Shown: positions 1-9,761, numbered from the stretch's first letter. The stretch: DNA of 57,940 nt from an uncultured archaeon (GCA_964551725.1 CAZKED010000005.1:1-57940); one strand, 5' to 3'. Program-made: numbers and translations. The notes: generated by a model from the letters alone, not told the origin.

Positions 1-3000
1 GTGTTTCCTCCTTGTCCGTACCATGTTTCTCCTGTGAGTTGTAGTGGTGTTTTTGTGTGAAGTGCTTTTTCTGTGTAGTGGGTTGGCGTGATTGTTGTGT
101 CTGTTTCACTGCAAGTGAATCCTATTGTTGTTCCGTTTGGTAGGAAGGTTGTTCCTGTTGTTGTGTCTTCCGCTGTTAAGTGTTCCATGTATTTGTTTTC
201 CGGTTGGTTGCAAGCGGTTGTTTCCTCAAGTGTTGTGTTAATTGTTTCCGAGCCCTTCCTCCATTCAACCAGATAATCAATGCCCTCTCCGTATGTTTCC
301 TCAGTGTTTTCTGTTATAATGGTATCTCCTTCAAACAAAGCATAGTATAGTTCTGTCGGCTGGCTTGTTTGTGTTTGGAATTTTAGTGGGTATGATTCCT
401 TGTAGTAGAGTTTGTATAATGGGTTTTCTCCTTCCTGTTCGAGTTTTAGGTGTATTATTGTTCCGTCTTGTAGTTCTGCCGGCGTATTGTATTGGTATGT
501 TTGGATTATTCCTATTCCGAGTGAGTCTGTGCTGAGGGGTTGTATTGTTTCTTCGCTTGCGTAAGCGGGAATGCTTTCCCCTTTTATTTCGTCCACTAAG
601 GGTGTGGAATTTCTTTTTTTGAGGAACAGGTTTTGTGAATATTTTGTTCCTTGTTCCGAATCCAGTTCTGCAAGACTTTTTAGTTTTGAGAGGGAAACGG
701 TTGTGTTTTCGTATCCTGTTTCTGTTTTTGTGGTTGCCAAGGTTATTGAGTATTGCCCGCTTACTGTTTCTCCCACGTTGTAGTTCCATTGGCTTAAGTC
801 CAGTAGGTTTGTGTTTTGTAGGTTGTTTTGTGTTTCAAGTTCTTGGATGTCACTAGCATATTCTTGTGTGAAATTGTTTTTGAACGCGTCATTGTAATAG
901 TCTCCTATTAGGAATGCCTGTGTTTCGGCAAGCGTTATTTCCCCAAGTTCTTCAATGTTCTTGCTTGCTTCTGCTGCGCTTTTTATCAGCGAGATGGTCA
1001 ACTGAGAGGCGTTGCAGAAATATTCTCCGCAAGTGTTTGTTGTAACCGAGCCAAAGTCTTGTGCCAGTAATACTTTATCCAACCCGTATTCTTTTGCTTT
1101 TAACGCGGTTGCTTCCTGTACTGGCAGTGGGGGAATTTCATCTGTTACAAATTCCCCATTTCTTATTGCGAATTGCAGGTAATCAGTGCTTTCATTTCTC
1201 AAATCCTTTGAGGTTAATTTTAAGGTGTAAAAGCCGTCTTCAAAGTTTGATGGATTGATGTTGCATAGTTTTTGGGTTACAAATGAGCCTCTTGTTGTTC
1301 TATATTCGTACCCAATATATTTTGTTTCTCCTTCATATCCGTTGCATAACTGAGACCATTCATTTGGGTTTTCTCCTTCGCCGTATTCAATAGTGTATCC
1401 AGTGAATATTGCTGTTCCTTCTGTGGGCCAGAATTGGGTTAGGTTTCTGTAGTCGTTGGTGGCTATGCCTGCTATGTAGTAATTGCTGCCTTCGGGGTAT
1501 ATTCCTTCTAGTATGGCAAGTGGCTGGTAGAAATATAGGTCGGTTGTTTTTTCTGGTTCAAGAACCCCCAAGCCTTGTTCGTTGAAGGAGTAATCAAACT
1601 CTTCGATTGGTTCAGTGGAATTTCTAAGCACCTGCTTTAAATAAATCCATTCATCAATATCCCTTGCGTTGCTCAGGGGGATTTTGCCCTTGAAATACTC
1701 CAGAGCCAAAGCAGCCAAACCAGTCACAACACTGGCGGAAACCCCTGTCCCGCTTTCTGGAAAATAACCTTCGGGGCATAGGGAGTTCTCGGGTGCTTGC
1801 AAAACCGCTTCTCCAGACATTGCCCCGCATATAAAGTCTCCGGGCGCAACGAAATCAGGCTTTACTCTGTAGGAATTCATTCCCTGCACTATTTGAGTAT
1901 ATTTTCCAACTATTTCTTTTTGTAGTGTGGGTCCGTGTGAGTTGTAGCATGCGAGTTGGCTTTTTTGCGGGTTTTCATCCGAGCAGTTTTCATAAACTAG
2001 TTCTTGGTTGTAGTTTTTTGAATAAATTGAACCAACACTTAAAGCATAAACATTTCCAGCAGGACCGAAAATAAATTCGCTTTCAGTATTTCCTTCATCT
2101 CCAGAATTGGTTATTATTAATACTTTATTTCTGCTTGCGTGGTCTCTTATTCTAACCTCAAGAGATTCATATGGTTTTTGTGGTTGGACCGGGTCTGTTG
2201 TTTGTTTTAGTTTTTCATAATTGATAGCGAGCAGGATTAAATCGGGTTTGTTGGTGGTTTCTCCTTTCCCCTCTGGAGAAATGGACATTCCAATCCCTGT
2301 GAGAATGGTGTCCAAGTATGATTTTCCTTCAGAGTCTGCTATTTTGTAGTTGTATAGTGTTGCGTTGGGCGCGATTCCTGTTTCGTTTCCCGCAATTATT
2401 GTTGCAAGAGTAGTTGTGTGGCCCTCGTCATCCATTATGTCAGTTCTTTCGTAGATTTTTGAGGGTTCGGGGTATCTGTTATCCCAGAAGTCGTATTCTT
2501 CCAGATCTTGTGCTGTTCTTATCACGTTTTGGAAATATTTTATTTTTTCGCAAGTGGATGGTCTTGGGTGGAATCCTATTTGATCTGAGGGCATTGGAAA
2601 ATCGTTTTCTTCGCAGTTTCCGAATTCGTCAAGTGTGTAGTCTATTCCTGTGCCGAGGATTGCTATTGTTATTCCTTGTCCTGTCTGGTTTTGAAGGTTT
2701 TCTGGTATGAGTGTTTGGGGCATTGTTCCAATACCTGTTTCCTGGAGGCTGGCTTTTTTTTCCGAGAGGCTGGCGACAATTTCGCTTACTTCTTTTTCTT
2801 TAAATGGGTTTTTTGACATGTAAATGGGAAAATTGCACATTACGTCCAATCCTTTTTCCTTCAGGGTTTTTGCCTGTTCTAGTGAAATAGCCAGAGTGGT
2901 TGATTTTGTTAGAAGCAGGTTTCTTTGCCCGAGTTCGAAGTATTTGTCTTGGTCTGTGCCGGGGCGTATTTCCAGCATTCCTTTTGCTTTTTCTATTTCC

Positions 3001-3341
3001 GCATCCAATTCATTGTTCAATTGTTTTTCTCTTATATCTGTTTTTATTTTTTGCATTTTTTGGTTGGCGTTTTTTAAGTGTGAAATCTGCGTTTTGAATG
3101 GGACAAGCGCTTCTGTTTCTTCGAGTTTTGCCAGCTTTCCTTCAATCCTGCCCTGCAATTCCTGTGATTGCGCGTACACTTCGAGCAATGAGGGCTTTTC
3201 CGGGTCTCCCATTGGAGAGCTTGTTAGTATGTAGCCGAAGCAGTCAGCGTTTTCCTCTCCGTTCTCTTTCTCTGCTGTTGCCATTGGGGCAAGGGAGAGG
3301 ACCAGAATTAACACGATTGCAGAATAAAACAGTTTTTCCAT
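1..3341 (-). CDS. Secreted subtilisin (S8)-like protein, >1113 aa, 3' end beyond window; probably catalytically dead
   Basis: Manual translation is open from ATG 3341 (GGTG RBS; signal peptide MEKLFYSAIVLILVLSLAPMATA) to base 1. It is missing from the ORF track because it has no stop in the window. S8 motifs: TGQGITIAILGTGIDY, DDEGHTTTLATIIAG, GIAPNA, KPDFVAPG, SGTGVSASVVTGLAAL. Confidence 0.85.
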   Translation of the reverse strand, partial: MEKLFYSAIVLILVLSLAPMATAEKENGEENADCFGYILTSSPMGDPEKPSLLEVYAQSQELQGRIEGKLAKLEETEALVPFKTQISHLKNANQKMQKIKTDIREKQLNNELDAEIEKAKGMLEIRPGTDQDKYFELGQRNLLLTKSTTLAISLEQAKTLKEKGLDVMCNFPIYMSKNPFKEKEVSEIVASLSEKKASLQETGIGTMPQTLIPENLQNQTGQGITIAILGTGIDYTLDEFGNCEENDFPMPSDQIGFHPRPSTCEKIKYFQNVIRTAQDLEEYDFWDNRYPEPSKIYERTDIMDDEGHTTTLATIIAGNETGIAPNATLYNYKIADSEGKSYLDTILTGIGMSISPEGKGETTNKPDLILLAINYEKLKQTTDPVQPQKPYESLEVRIRDHASRNKVLIITNSGDEGNTESEFIFGPAGNVYALSVGSIYSKNYNQELVYENCSDENPQKSQLACYNSHGPTLQKEIVGKYTQIVQGMNSYRVKPDFVAPGDFICGAMSGEAVLQAPENSLCPEGYFPESGTGVSASVVTGLAALALEYFKGKIPLSNARDIDEWIYLKQVLRNSTEPIEEFDYSFNEQGLGVLEPEKTTDLYFYQPLAILEGIYPEGSNYYIAGIATNDYRNLTQFWPTEGTAIFTGYTIEYGEGENPNEWSQLCNGYEGETKYIGYEYRTTRGSFVTQKLCNINPSNFEDGFYTLKLTSKDLRNESTDYLQFAIRNGEFVTDEIPPLPVQEATALKAKEYGLDKVLLAQDFGSVTTNTCGEYFCNASQLTISLIKSAAEASKNIEELGEITLAETQAFLIGDYYNDAFKNNFTQEYASDIQELETQNNLQNTNLLDLSQWNYNVGETVSGQYSITLATTKTETGYENTTVSLSKLKSLAELDSEQGTKYSQNLFLKKRNSTPLVDEIKGESIPAYASEETIQPLSTDSLGIGIIQTYQYNTPAELQDGTIIHLKLEQEGENPLYKLYYKESYPLKFQTQTSQPTELYYALFEGDTIITENTEETYGEGIDYLVEWRKGSETINTTLEETTACNQPENKYMEHLTAEDTTTGTTFLPNGTTIGFTCSETDTTITPTHYTEKALHTKTPLQLTGETWYGQGGN

Positions 3342-3472
3342 TAAAACACCAACCCTTAAAAGTTTTTTTTGTCTTTAGGAGGGCAAAAGGCTTTTTTTAC
3401 CTGTTAATAATTAGGGGGTTTTAGGGAATTTATTTGTTTTGATTGCCTGAATCCAAGCATTAACCGCGGGAT

Positions 3473-4936
3473 TCAGTACGCTTTTGAGAAATAGCTCTTT
3501 CGCTTGGCGGGCTTTCCGCAGTAAGCGCATTTTTCTGCCTTCTGGGCATGGAATGGAATTAAGCGGTTGCTTGCCCCTGTTTCGTCCTTTATTGCTTCCT
3601 CGCATTCCCTGCGCTCACAAAAGCCCGCTAGAACGAGCTTGTTTTCTTCCAGCGCCTGCAGGAATTCACTCCTGTTCTTTGCTTCCACGGTGTTTTCCTG
3701 CAGGAATCTTTTCTGTTTTGTGAGCAATGAGCGCTGTATTTTTTCAAGCGTCTGCTTTACTGCATTCTCCAAATCTTTTTCCTTTACCGTTTCTTTCGCG
3801 TGCGAATCCCTGCGCACGAGCACAACCTGCTTCTTTGCGAGGTCTTTTGGGCCGACTTCAACGCGCAGCGGAATGCCCTTCAATTCCCATTCGTTGAATT
3901 TCCACCCAGCCGAATAAACGTCGCGGTCGTCCAGAATTGGGTTGAATGCTGCAAGCGCCTGCTTTAGTTCGCGGGCTTTTTTCAGGACTTCCTTTTTTGA
4001 TTCCTCGAAAACAATGGGCACGATAACGAGCTTGTTTTCAGCGAGGCGCGGGGGAATTATTGCCCCGCGATCATCGCCGTGCGCCATTATTATAGCGCCA
4101 ATTAGGCGCGTTGAAATGCCCCAGGAGGTCTGCCATGCGTATTTTTCCTTTCCATCCTCGTCCAAGAATTTAATTCCGAAGGGCTTGGAGAAATTCTGCC
4201 CCAGGAAATGGGAGGTGCCCATCTGCAGTGCTTTTCCGTTGGGCATTAAGGCTTCCATTGTGAATGTTTCCTCCGCGCCCGGAAATTTTTCCATGGGGGT
4301 TTTTTTGCCTTTTAGCACGGGAACCGCGAGCCAGTTTTCCATGAGGTCAACGTATTCGTCCAGTATGTACAATGCTTCCTTTAAGGCTTCTTCGCGTGTT
4401 GCGTGCACTGTGTGCCCTTCCTGCCACAGGAATTCGCGAGTGCGGAGAAAAGGGCGAGGGTGCTTGAATTCCCATCTCACTATGTTCACCCACTGGTTGA
4501 GCAAAAGCGGCAGGTCCCTGTGGGAGCGAATCCATTTCGCGTATGATTCGTACATTATTGTTTCCGAGGTCGGGCGGATTGCAAGGCGTTCCCTCAGCTT
4601 TGTGCTTCCCGCGTGCGTGACCCATGCGACTTCCGGTTCAAAGCCCTGCACGTGCTCCTTTTCCTTTTCGAACAGGTGCTCTGGAATGAACAGGGGAAAG
4701 TAAACGTTTTTGTGCCCCGTGCTCTTTATTTTTGAATCGAATGCCCGCTGGATTTTTTCCCAGATCTGATACGCGTTGGGCTTTAAGACCATGCTCCCGC
4801 TCACGCTCGTGTAATCAGCAAAGTCGGCTTTTTGCACCAGTTGCGTGTACCACTCGCTGAAGTCCTCTTCCTTTTTTACCGTCAGACCTAACAGCGCGCG
4901 CTTGTCGTCTTCCAAGCAGTCTTTTTTGCCTGCCAT
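3473..4936 (-). CDS. proS: Prolyl-tRNA synthetase, archaeal/eukaryote type
   Basis: FSEWYTQLV, RPTSET, RWEFKHPRPFLRTREFLWQEGHT, LQMGTSHFLGQNF, C-terminal Zn cysteines and FSKAY end. Confidence 0.97.
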   Translation of the reverse strand: MAGKKDCLEDDKRALLGLTVKKEEDFSEWYTQLVQKADFADYTSVSGSMVLKPNAYQIWEKIQRAFDSKIKSTGHKNVYFPLFIPEHLFEKEKEHVQGFEPEVAWVTHAGSTKLRERLAIRPTSETIMYESYAKWIRSHRDLPLLLNQWVNIVRWEFKHPRPFLRTREFLWQEGHTVHATREEALKEALYILDEYVDLMENWLAVPVLKGKKTPMEKFPGAEETFTMEALMPNGKALQMGTSHFLGQNFSKPFGIKFLDEDGKEKYAWQTSWGISTRLIGAIIMAHGDDRGAIIPPRLAENKLVIVPIVFEESKKEVLKKARELKQALAAFNPILDDRDVYSAGWKFNEWELKGIPLRVEVGPKDLAKKQVVLVRRDSHAKETVKEKDLENAVKQTLEKIQRSLLTKQKRFLQENTVEAKNRSEFLQALEENKLVLAGFCERRECEEAIKDETGASNRLIPFHAQKAEKCAYCGKPAKRKSYFSKAY

Positions 4937-5003
4937 TTTTTACCACTCTGCTTTTCTTTTTGCAGTAATAATTCAACAGCGCTATTGTTTTTAATGGTTG
5001 GTT

Positions 5004-5453
5004 TTAGAACATGAGCAGCCATGGAAGGGAGAAAACGAATAGTGCAAACAGCAGCAGTAGCACGGCGAACAAATAGTACCACTTTTGTTTTTTTGCGGCT
5101 TTGCGGCCCTTGTACAACAGAAAAGCAGCAACCGCAATAAACGGTGCGCTGATTACTGAAACGACAAAAAGCGTTCCCACCTGCCTTTTCTGGTGCCATT
5201 CGCTGATTTTCGCTGTCAAGTATTCTTTTTTTTGCGGCGATATCCTACACTGCCCGCCTGTCCACGCACAATCCGGCTCCTGGTCTTCTTCGCAGTCTAT
5301 TTGCAGGCATTTTTGCTGTGTTGCCGCTGTGAGGCATCTCGCCTGGCATTCACGCAGGGGCATTTCGTCGGGCGCCGGCAGATAAGCAAAAGCATTGATT
5401 GAAAAAAAGGCCAGCGCCAGAAAAACAGCCAAACCCAGACCGCCTTTTTCCAT
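5004..5453 (-). CDS. Hypothetical membrane protein (signal peptide, small 6-Cys ectodomain, two C-terminal TM helices)
   Basis: 149-aa ORF; hydrophobic N-terminus, CQARC...C...C...C...C, two hydrophobic segments flanked by Lys. Confidence 0.75.
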   Translation of the reverse strand: MEKGGLGLAVFLALAFFSINAFAYLPAPDEMPLRECQARCLTAATQQKCLQIDCEEDQEPDCAWTGGQCRISPQKKEYLTAKISEWHQKRQVGTLFVVSVISAPFIAVAAFLLYKGRKAAKKQKWYYLFAVLLLLFALFVFSLPWLLMF

Positions 5454-5505
5454 TCAGAACACGTAATAATTGAACGACATTATTGTTTTTAAGGGTTGGG
5501 TTCTG

Positions 5506-5604
5506 CCTTTTTTCTTTTAAAAAAGAAAAAAGGTAAGTTGCCAAAAAAAGAAAACCTGCTCAGTTTCTTTTTGCAGCGTGCTTTTTCTTTGCTAAAGAAA
5601 AAGC
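5506..5604. repeat. Cluster of AT-rich perfect inverted repeats 3' of tRNA-Pro(GGG)
   Basis: CCTTTTTTCTTTT-AA-AAAAGAAAAAAGG (5506-5533) and GCTTTTTCTTT-GCT-AAAGAAAAAGC (5580-5604). Confidence 0.8.
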
Positions 5605-5608
5605 CGAG

Positions 5609-5683
5609 CGGGGCCGCCGAGATTTGAACTCGAGTCGCCAGCTCCCCGAGCTGGAATGATAGACCAGGCTACACTACGGCCCC
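5609..5683 (-). tRNA. tRNA-Pro(GGG), with C at position 33 and no encoded CCA
   Basis: GGGGCCG/CGGCCCC acceptor stem, anticodon arm CCAGC-TCGGGGA-GCTGG, T arm TCGAG-TTCAAAT-CTCGG. Confidence 0.9.
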
Positions 5684-5732
5684 AGAACTCTTACTGATTT
5701 TTTCGGCAGTGAAATTTAAAATACCGCTGGAT

Positions 5733-8700
5733 TCAGCGGTATTTGGGGAGTATGAATTCGTCGAATTCGCTTCTCTTTTCCGGCTTCCCGGGCTTTTTGG
5801 GTTTTCGTTTTTGCACGGCTGGCTTTCCTTTTTTTGCCTTCGGCAGCCCGGTTTTCTTTTTCTTCCGCTCTTTGAATCTTTTTGCGAGAGAGCCGAGCCC
5901 TTTTTCCAGTGCTTCCGCTCTGGAGGGCATGCTGTACAACTGGAAGCCGAAGAAGACAGCCAAGGCAATGAAAAGCACTGCGAGAGCGAGAATTGTGGGA
6001 AGGGTCCAGTCGTACACCCTTTCAATGTAGGTCTGCACCGAGGTTTTTCCCGTGAAGCCCTGTTCCACCGACAGCTGAACGGAATGCTGTCCTTCGAGCG
6101 ACTGGGAAAGCTTTGCAACGTATTCCCCTGTTGCGGTATTCCTCGTCATTTCGATTTTTTGTGCTTCGCCGTCTATTGAAATTGTTGCCTTTACCGTGTT
6201 TTCTTTCACTTCGCTTCCGTCGGGATAGAAGAGTTTCGCCCTCACGGTGTCGGGCATTGAAAAATCGAATGCCGCTCTTCCTTCCCCGGGATAGGTCATT
6301 TCAACGCTCAAGAGACCCGTGAGAGGAATTGTTGCGGTTTCCCTGTCGATGTATGAGTTTTCTCCCGCTCTTGCCTGCCCGTAGATTTTGAGTTCCGCTT
6401 CCCGGAATCCGTATTCGGCGGAAGGCATTTTAATGGTTGCAGTGAATTCGTCCCCTTCGCCTTTTTTGAAGGTTCCCCTTTCCCTTGTTCCCTCTATTGC
6501 GTATGAAATCCTGTCCTGGCTTGTTTCCATGCCCTGCGGGGAGAAAACCCTCGCTTTTACCGAGACCGGCTGGCGGTATCCGTACTTTTTCCCGGTGAAT
6601 TCCGGTTCGAGTAATTCGACGTTGAGGAAGGGGTTTTTCTTTTGTATGGGGATTGCGAATTCCTTTTCAAGCCGGTTTCCGTGCGAGTCCTCCCCCCTGA
6701 GCAAAAGCACCAAGCCGTAGTCGAGGTCCTCCTCCGTTATTGTGTGGGAGATTGTCGCAATCGTTGCCTCTTCGTACTGCTTCATCCTGTACTTTTTTGA
6801 AAAGAATTTCGATTTGAGTTCCGCGTAGAATTCAACCTCTTCAGGCATTGCATTATTGGGGAGGAGCGGCCTCACTTCTATTTTGCCTACGGGGGAATTC
6901 AGGAAAAGCTCGTCCCTGAAGGGATTGCCCACTTCGAGTTCCGCGGACCGGAAGTAAATGGGCAGGAGAGCGTGCGTTTCGTGCAGCAATCCGTCGATTG
7001 TTGCCTCAACCTCCACTTCAAGGTATTCAATCGGGTCGAAAGCATATCCTGTTTCGAGCGTTGCGCTGAACTCTCCCGCACCCTCGCTTTCAAGGGAAAG
7101 GTCCTTTTTTCCCCTTATTTTAGCGCTCAGTTTCTCTATCTGCGAGAGCGCGACGGGATTGCCCATTTCGTCCAAAACCTTTAACTTGAGGGAGTATTTT
7201 TTGTCCTTTTCAAAGGGTGCTTTTGCGGAAATTTCGGGTTCCGTGAGCTTTGCCTTCAGTGCGGACCTTTTCACTTTAACTTTGACGCTCTGCTGTTCCC
7301 TGTTTCCGGATTCGTCGGTCACAACCACTGTTGCCGTGAACGTTTTCTCCGCTTCCCCTTCGCCCAAATAATAGGTGTGGCTTATTTCATAACCGCCTTC
7401 CACGGTTGTTCCGTCTCCGAAATGCCATTCGATTTTTATCGGCTCCCCTTCCGGGTCGCCTGCCTCCAGAGTGAAAGTGAAGGGCTCGCCTTCCCTCTGG
7501 GTTTCCCAGGGATTAACCGCAAGGCTTTTTATTTCCGGCTTTTTGTTCTGGGGAACGGGCTTGACTCCGACTTTGTTCGAATAAGCCGATTCGTTGCCTG
7601 CAGCATCAATTGCTGTAACCCTGTAATAATAAATGAGACCCGCGCTCACCGCGGTGTCGTCGAATTCGTTGAAGCCGGAAAATCCCGCTTCCACGTAATC
7701 CTCGTCGTTGGGTCCTTTTCTGTAAATCTTGTATCCCGCCATTTCCGCATTGTCAGCGGAGGAATTCCAGTTAAGGAAAACAATTTCCTCTCCGGCTTCG
7801 GCTCTCAGGTTCACGGGAGTGCTTGGCGGGACAGAGTCCTCTTCGGGCGGACTCGGGCTCGGGGACGGCGAAGGAGAAGGCGAGGGCGAAGGACTCGGAG
7901 ATTGAGAAGGCAAAGGGCTGGGCGAGGGGGATGGAGAAATTTCAGGACTCGGAGACGGCGGCGGGCTGGGCACCGGAACGCATTTGTGCTCAAGGCATTC
8001 CTTTCCCAGAGGGCATTCCCCGCACTGCACGCCGCATTCCTGCACAGTTCCTGCACCGCATTCCCATTTTTTTATTTCGCAGATTTCTTCGCTTGTTTTG
8101 CACACGCACTTGTGCTCCTGTTCTGCTGAAAAGCCGAGGAATCCTTCCGGGGCAAACGTAACTAGTTCCTCGGAAGTGCATTCGTGGTAAATGTCGCAGG
8201 TGCCGCAGATTACGGCGTTACCGCAGTTGTCAATGCAGTAACCGCATTCCCATTCCGCGGAGCAGCAGTTTGTGCATTCGAGTTCGAAGCACTGGTGGTT
8301 TTCGCAGTATTCTCCTGCTGCGCACTCTCCGCATTCGATTTCCGTATTGCACCTGTTCTCTGTGCCTGAACCGCACTCCCACTGCATTCCCCCGCAGGAC
8401 TTTGGAACGCACTCGCATTGGTTCTGGGAGCACTGCCATCCTTCCTCGCATTCCCCGCACTGCACGCTGCAGTCTCCCACGGAACCAGAACCACATTCCC
8501 AGTTTTCGAGAGGGCAGACTAGTGCATTGCTCTTGCACTCGCACTTGTTTTCCTCGCAAATGTGGTATTGGTCGCATGTTCCGCATTCAAGCGTGCCGTC
8601 GCATCCGTCGCTTTCGGTGCCGCATTCGAATCCCTGGGTGCACGAGGTTTTGGGCTCGCATTGGTGTTGCCTGCATTCCCCGTCCGAGCAGCCGTAGAGG

Positions 8701-9761
8701 CACTGCACCACTTCCGCCCACTCGCATTCCTTGCTTTTACGCCCCAAGAATTTTTCGTCCTTGCACACCCATTCTTGGTCGTTGCAGTCCGCTTCGCATT
8801 CTTCTGCCTGACCGTATTCTCCTGCCGGGCAGTGCTTTCCCTCAGGGCATTCGAGGCAGGCTATCTCGTGACCGCAGTTGTCGCTGAGACCTGCACCGCA
8901 TTGCCCCAAATCATAATAGTGCCCGCAGTCCCAGCATTCCTGTATCGGGTTGAATACTTCCACCCACGTGTGCCAGTTGCCGTTGCACCACCAGCCTGGA
9001 CCGTTAACGCAGGCATCCGCATCAATTTTGTATCTTCCGTTTTCCACTTTTGTCGTATCCCATTCAATGCTCAGCCCGTCGCTTGCGTCGGTGTCATTAC
9101 CTATGCTTATCTTACTCGAATAGGGCGCGCCTTCTTTTTTGTACCAGAACCTCCCGATTTCCGGTCCGGAGTTTTCCAGTTCCTCCAGCACTATCGTTAT
9201 CGTTCCGCTCACTTCGTCGTTTTCCTCCGGTGAAACAATTTTCACTCTCGGCGCGCTCACGTTAACCCTTTCTCTCTTGTTTGCGGGGTGCTGGTAGGCG
9301 CTCACCGCGCTGAACCACCATTCCTCGGAGCCCAGGCGCCGGTGGTGCCTTTTTCCTGCTGGATCCCTGTTGTCCGCCGTGAATTGGAGCACAATTCCGC
9401 CGTTGCAGTATTCCTCGCAGGGAATGTCGCACACGATTCGTTTCTGCTCGGCATAGCAGTTGATTGGAGAGCCCACGCATTCTGGCTGCCTCAGGTCTTG
9501 TACTGAGTCAATGTTTATGTTGCTGTAATAGGGCTCGCAGTCCTGCACCAGCTCGCTGGAATTGTTTTCGAATTTGCATCCTGGTATGGCAATAATTATT
9601 CCGGTTACTTTTTGCCCCGCGCCCCATCTGCATTCGGTTTCAAAACTCACCTCGCCCCATCCGTAATAGGTTTCCTTGGGGCTGATTGAGCAGTTGAAAG
9701 CCGCGGCTTGCTGTGCGAAAAGCAGAATTGCCAGCGCTGACAGCATCCAGCGAAGTTCCAT
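5733..9761 (-). CDS. Large cell-surface protein (signal peptide, Ig-like domain, Cys-rich repeats, Pro-Ser linker, FN3-like and PKD-like domains, C-terminal TM anchor, Lys-rich tail)
   Basis: 1342-aa ORF; WDTTKVENGRY Ig-like motif; repeated C..ECG...C...CGEC units; (SP)n linker; LNWNSS..GYKIYRK..YYYRVTAIDAAGNES (FN3); WHFGDGT..SHTY (PKD); TM LPTILALAVLFIALAVFFGF. Confidence 0.9.
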   Translation of the reverse strand: MELRWMLSALAILLFAQQAAAFNCSISPKETYYGWGEVSFETECRWGAGQKVTGIIIAIPGCKFENNSSELVQDCEPYYSNINIDSVQDLRQPECVGSPINCYAEQKRIVCDIPCEEYCNGGIVLQFTADNRDPAGKRHHRRLGSEEWWFSAVSAYQHPANKRERVNVSAPRVKIVSPEENDEVSGTITIVLEELENSGPEIGRFWYKKEGAPYSSKISIGNDTDASDGLSIEWDTTKVENGRYKIDADACVNGPGWWCNGNWHTWVEVFNPIQECWDCGHYYDLGQCGAGLSDNCGHEIACLECPEGKHCPAGEYGQAEECEADCNDQEWVCKDEKFLGRKSKECEWAEVVQCLYGCSDGECRQHQCEPKTSCTQGFECGTESDGCDGTLECGTCDQYHICEENKCECKSNALVCPLENWECGSGSVGDCSVQCGECEEGWQCSQNQCECVPKSCGGMQWECGSGTENRCNTEIECGECAAGEYCENHQCFELECTNCCSAEWECGYCIDNCGNAVICGTCDIYHECTSEELVTFAPEGFLGFSAEQEHKCVCKTSEEICEIKKWECGAGTVQECGVQCGECPLGKECLEHKCVPVPSPPPSPSPEISPSPSPSPLPSQSPSPSPSPSPSPSPSPSPPEEDSVPPSTPVNLRAEAGEEIVFLNWNSSADNAEMAGYKIYRKGPNDEDYVEAGFSGFNEFDDTAVSAGLIYYYRVTAIDAAGNESAYSNKVGVKPVPQNKKPEIKSLAVNPWETQREGEPFTFTLEAGDPEGEPIKIEWHFGDGTTVEGGYEISHTYYLGEGEAEKTFTATVVVTDESGNREQQSVKVKVKRSALKAKLTEPEISAKAPFEKDKKYSLKLKVLDEMGNPVALSQIEKLSAKIRGKKDLSLESEGAGEFSATLETGYAFDPIEYLEVEVEATIDGLLHETHALLPIYFRSAELEVGNPFRDELFLNSPVGKIEVRPLLPNNAMPEEVEFYAELKSKFFSKKYRMKQYEEATIATISHTITEEDLDYGLVLLLRGEDSHGNRLEKEFAIPIQKKNPFLNVELLEPEFTGKKYGYRQPVSVKARVFSPQGMETSQDRISYAIEGTRERGTFKKGEGDEFTATIKMPSAEYGFREAELKIYGQARAGENSYIDRETATIPLTGLLSVEMTYPGEGRAAFDFSMPDTVRAKLFYPDGSEVKENTVKATISIDGEAQKIEMTRNTATGEYVAKLSQSLEGQHSVQLSVEQGFTGKTSVQTYIERVYDWTLPTILALAVLFIALAVFFGFQLYSMPSRAEALEKGLGSLAKRFKERKKKKTGLPKAKKGKPAVQKRKPKKPGKPEKRSEFDEFILPKYR
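7845..7977 (-). repeat. Low-complexity Pro-Ser linker inside the surface protein
   Basis: Encodes PVPSPPPSPSPEISPSPSPSPLPSQSPSPSPSPSPSPSPSPP with varied synonymous codons. Confidence 0.85.

Noticed and set aside
331-789. 152-aa minus-strand ORF (and other short ORFs in 88-3424)
   Set aside because: Off-frame or antisense shadows of the long S8-like ORF that spans 3341 to the window edge.
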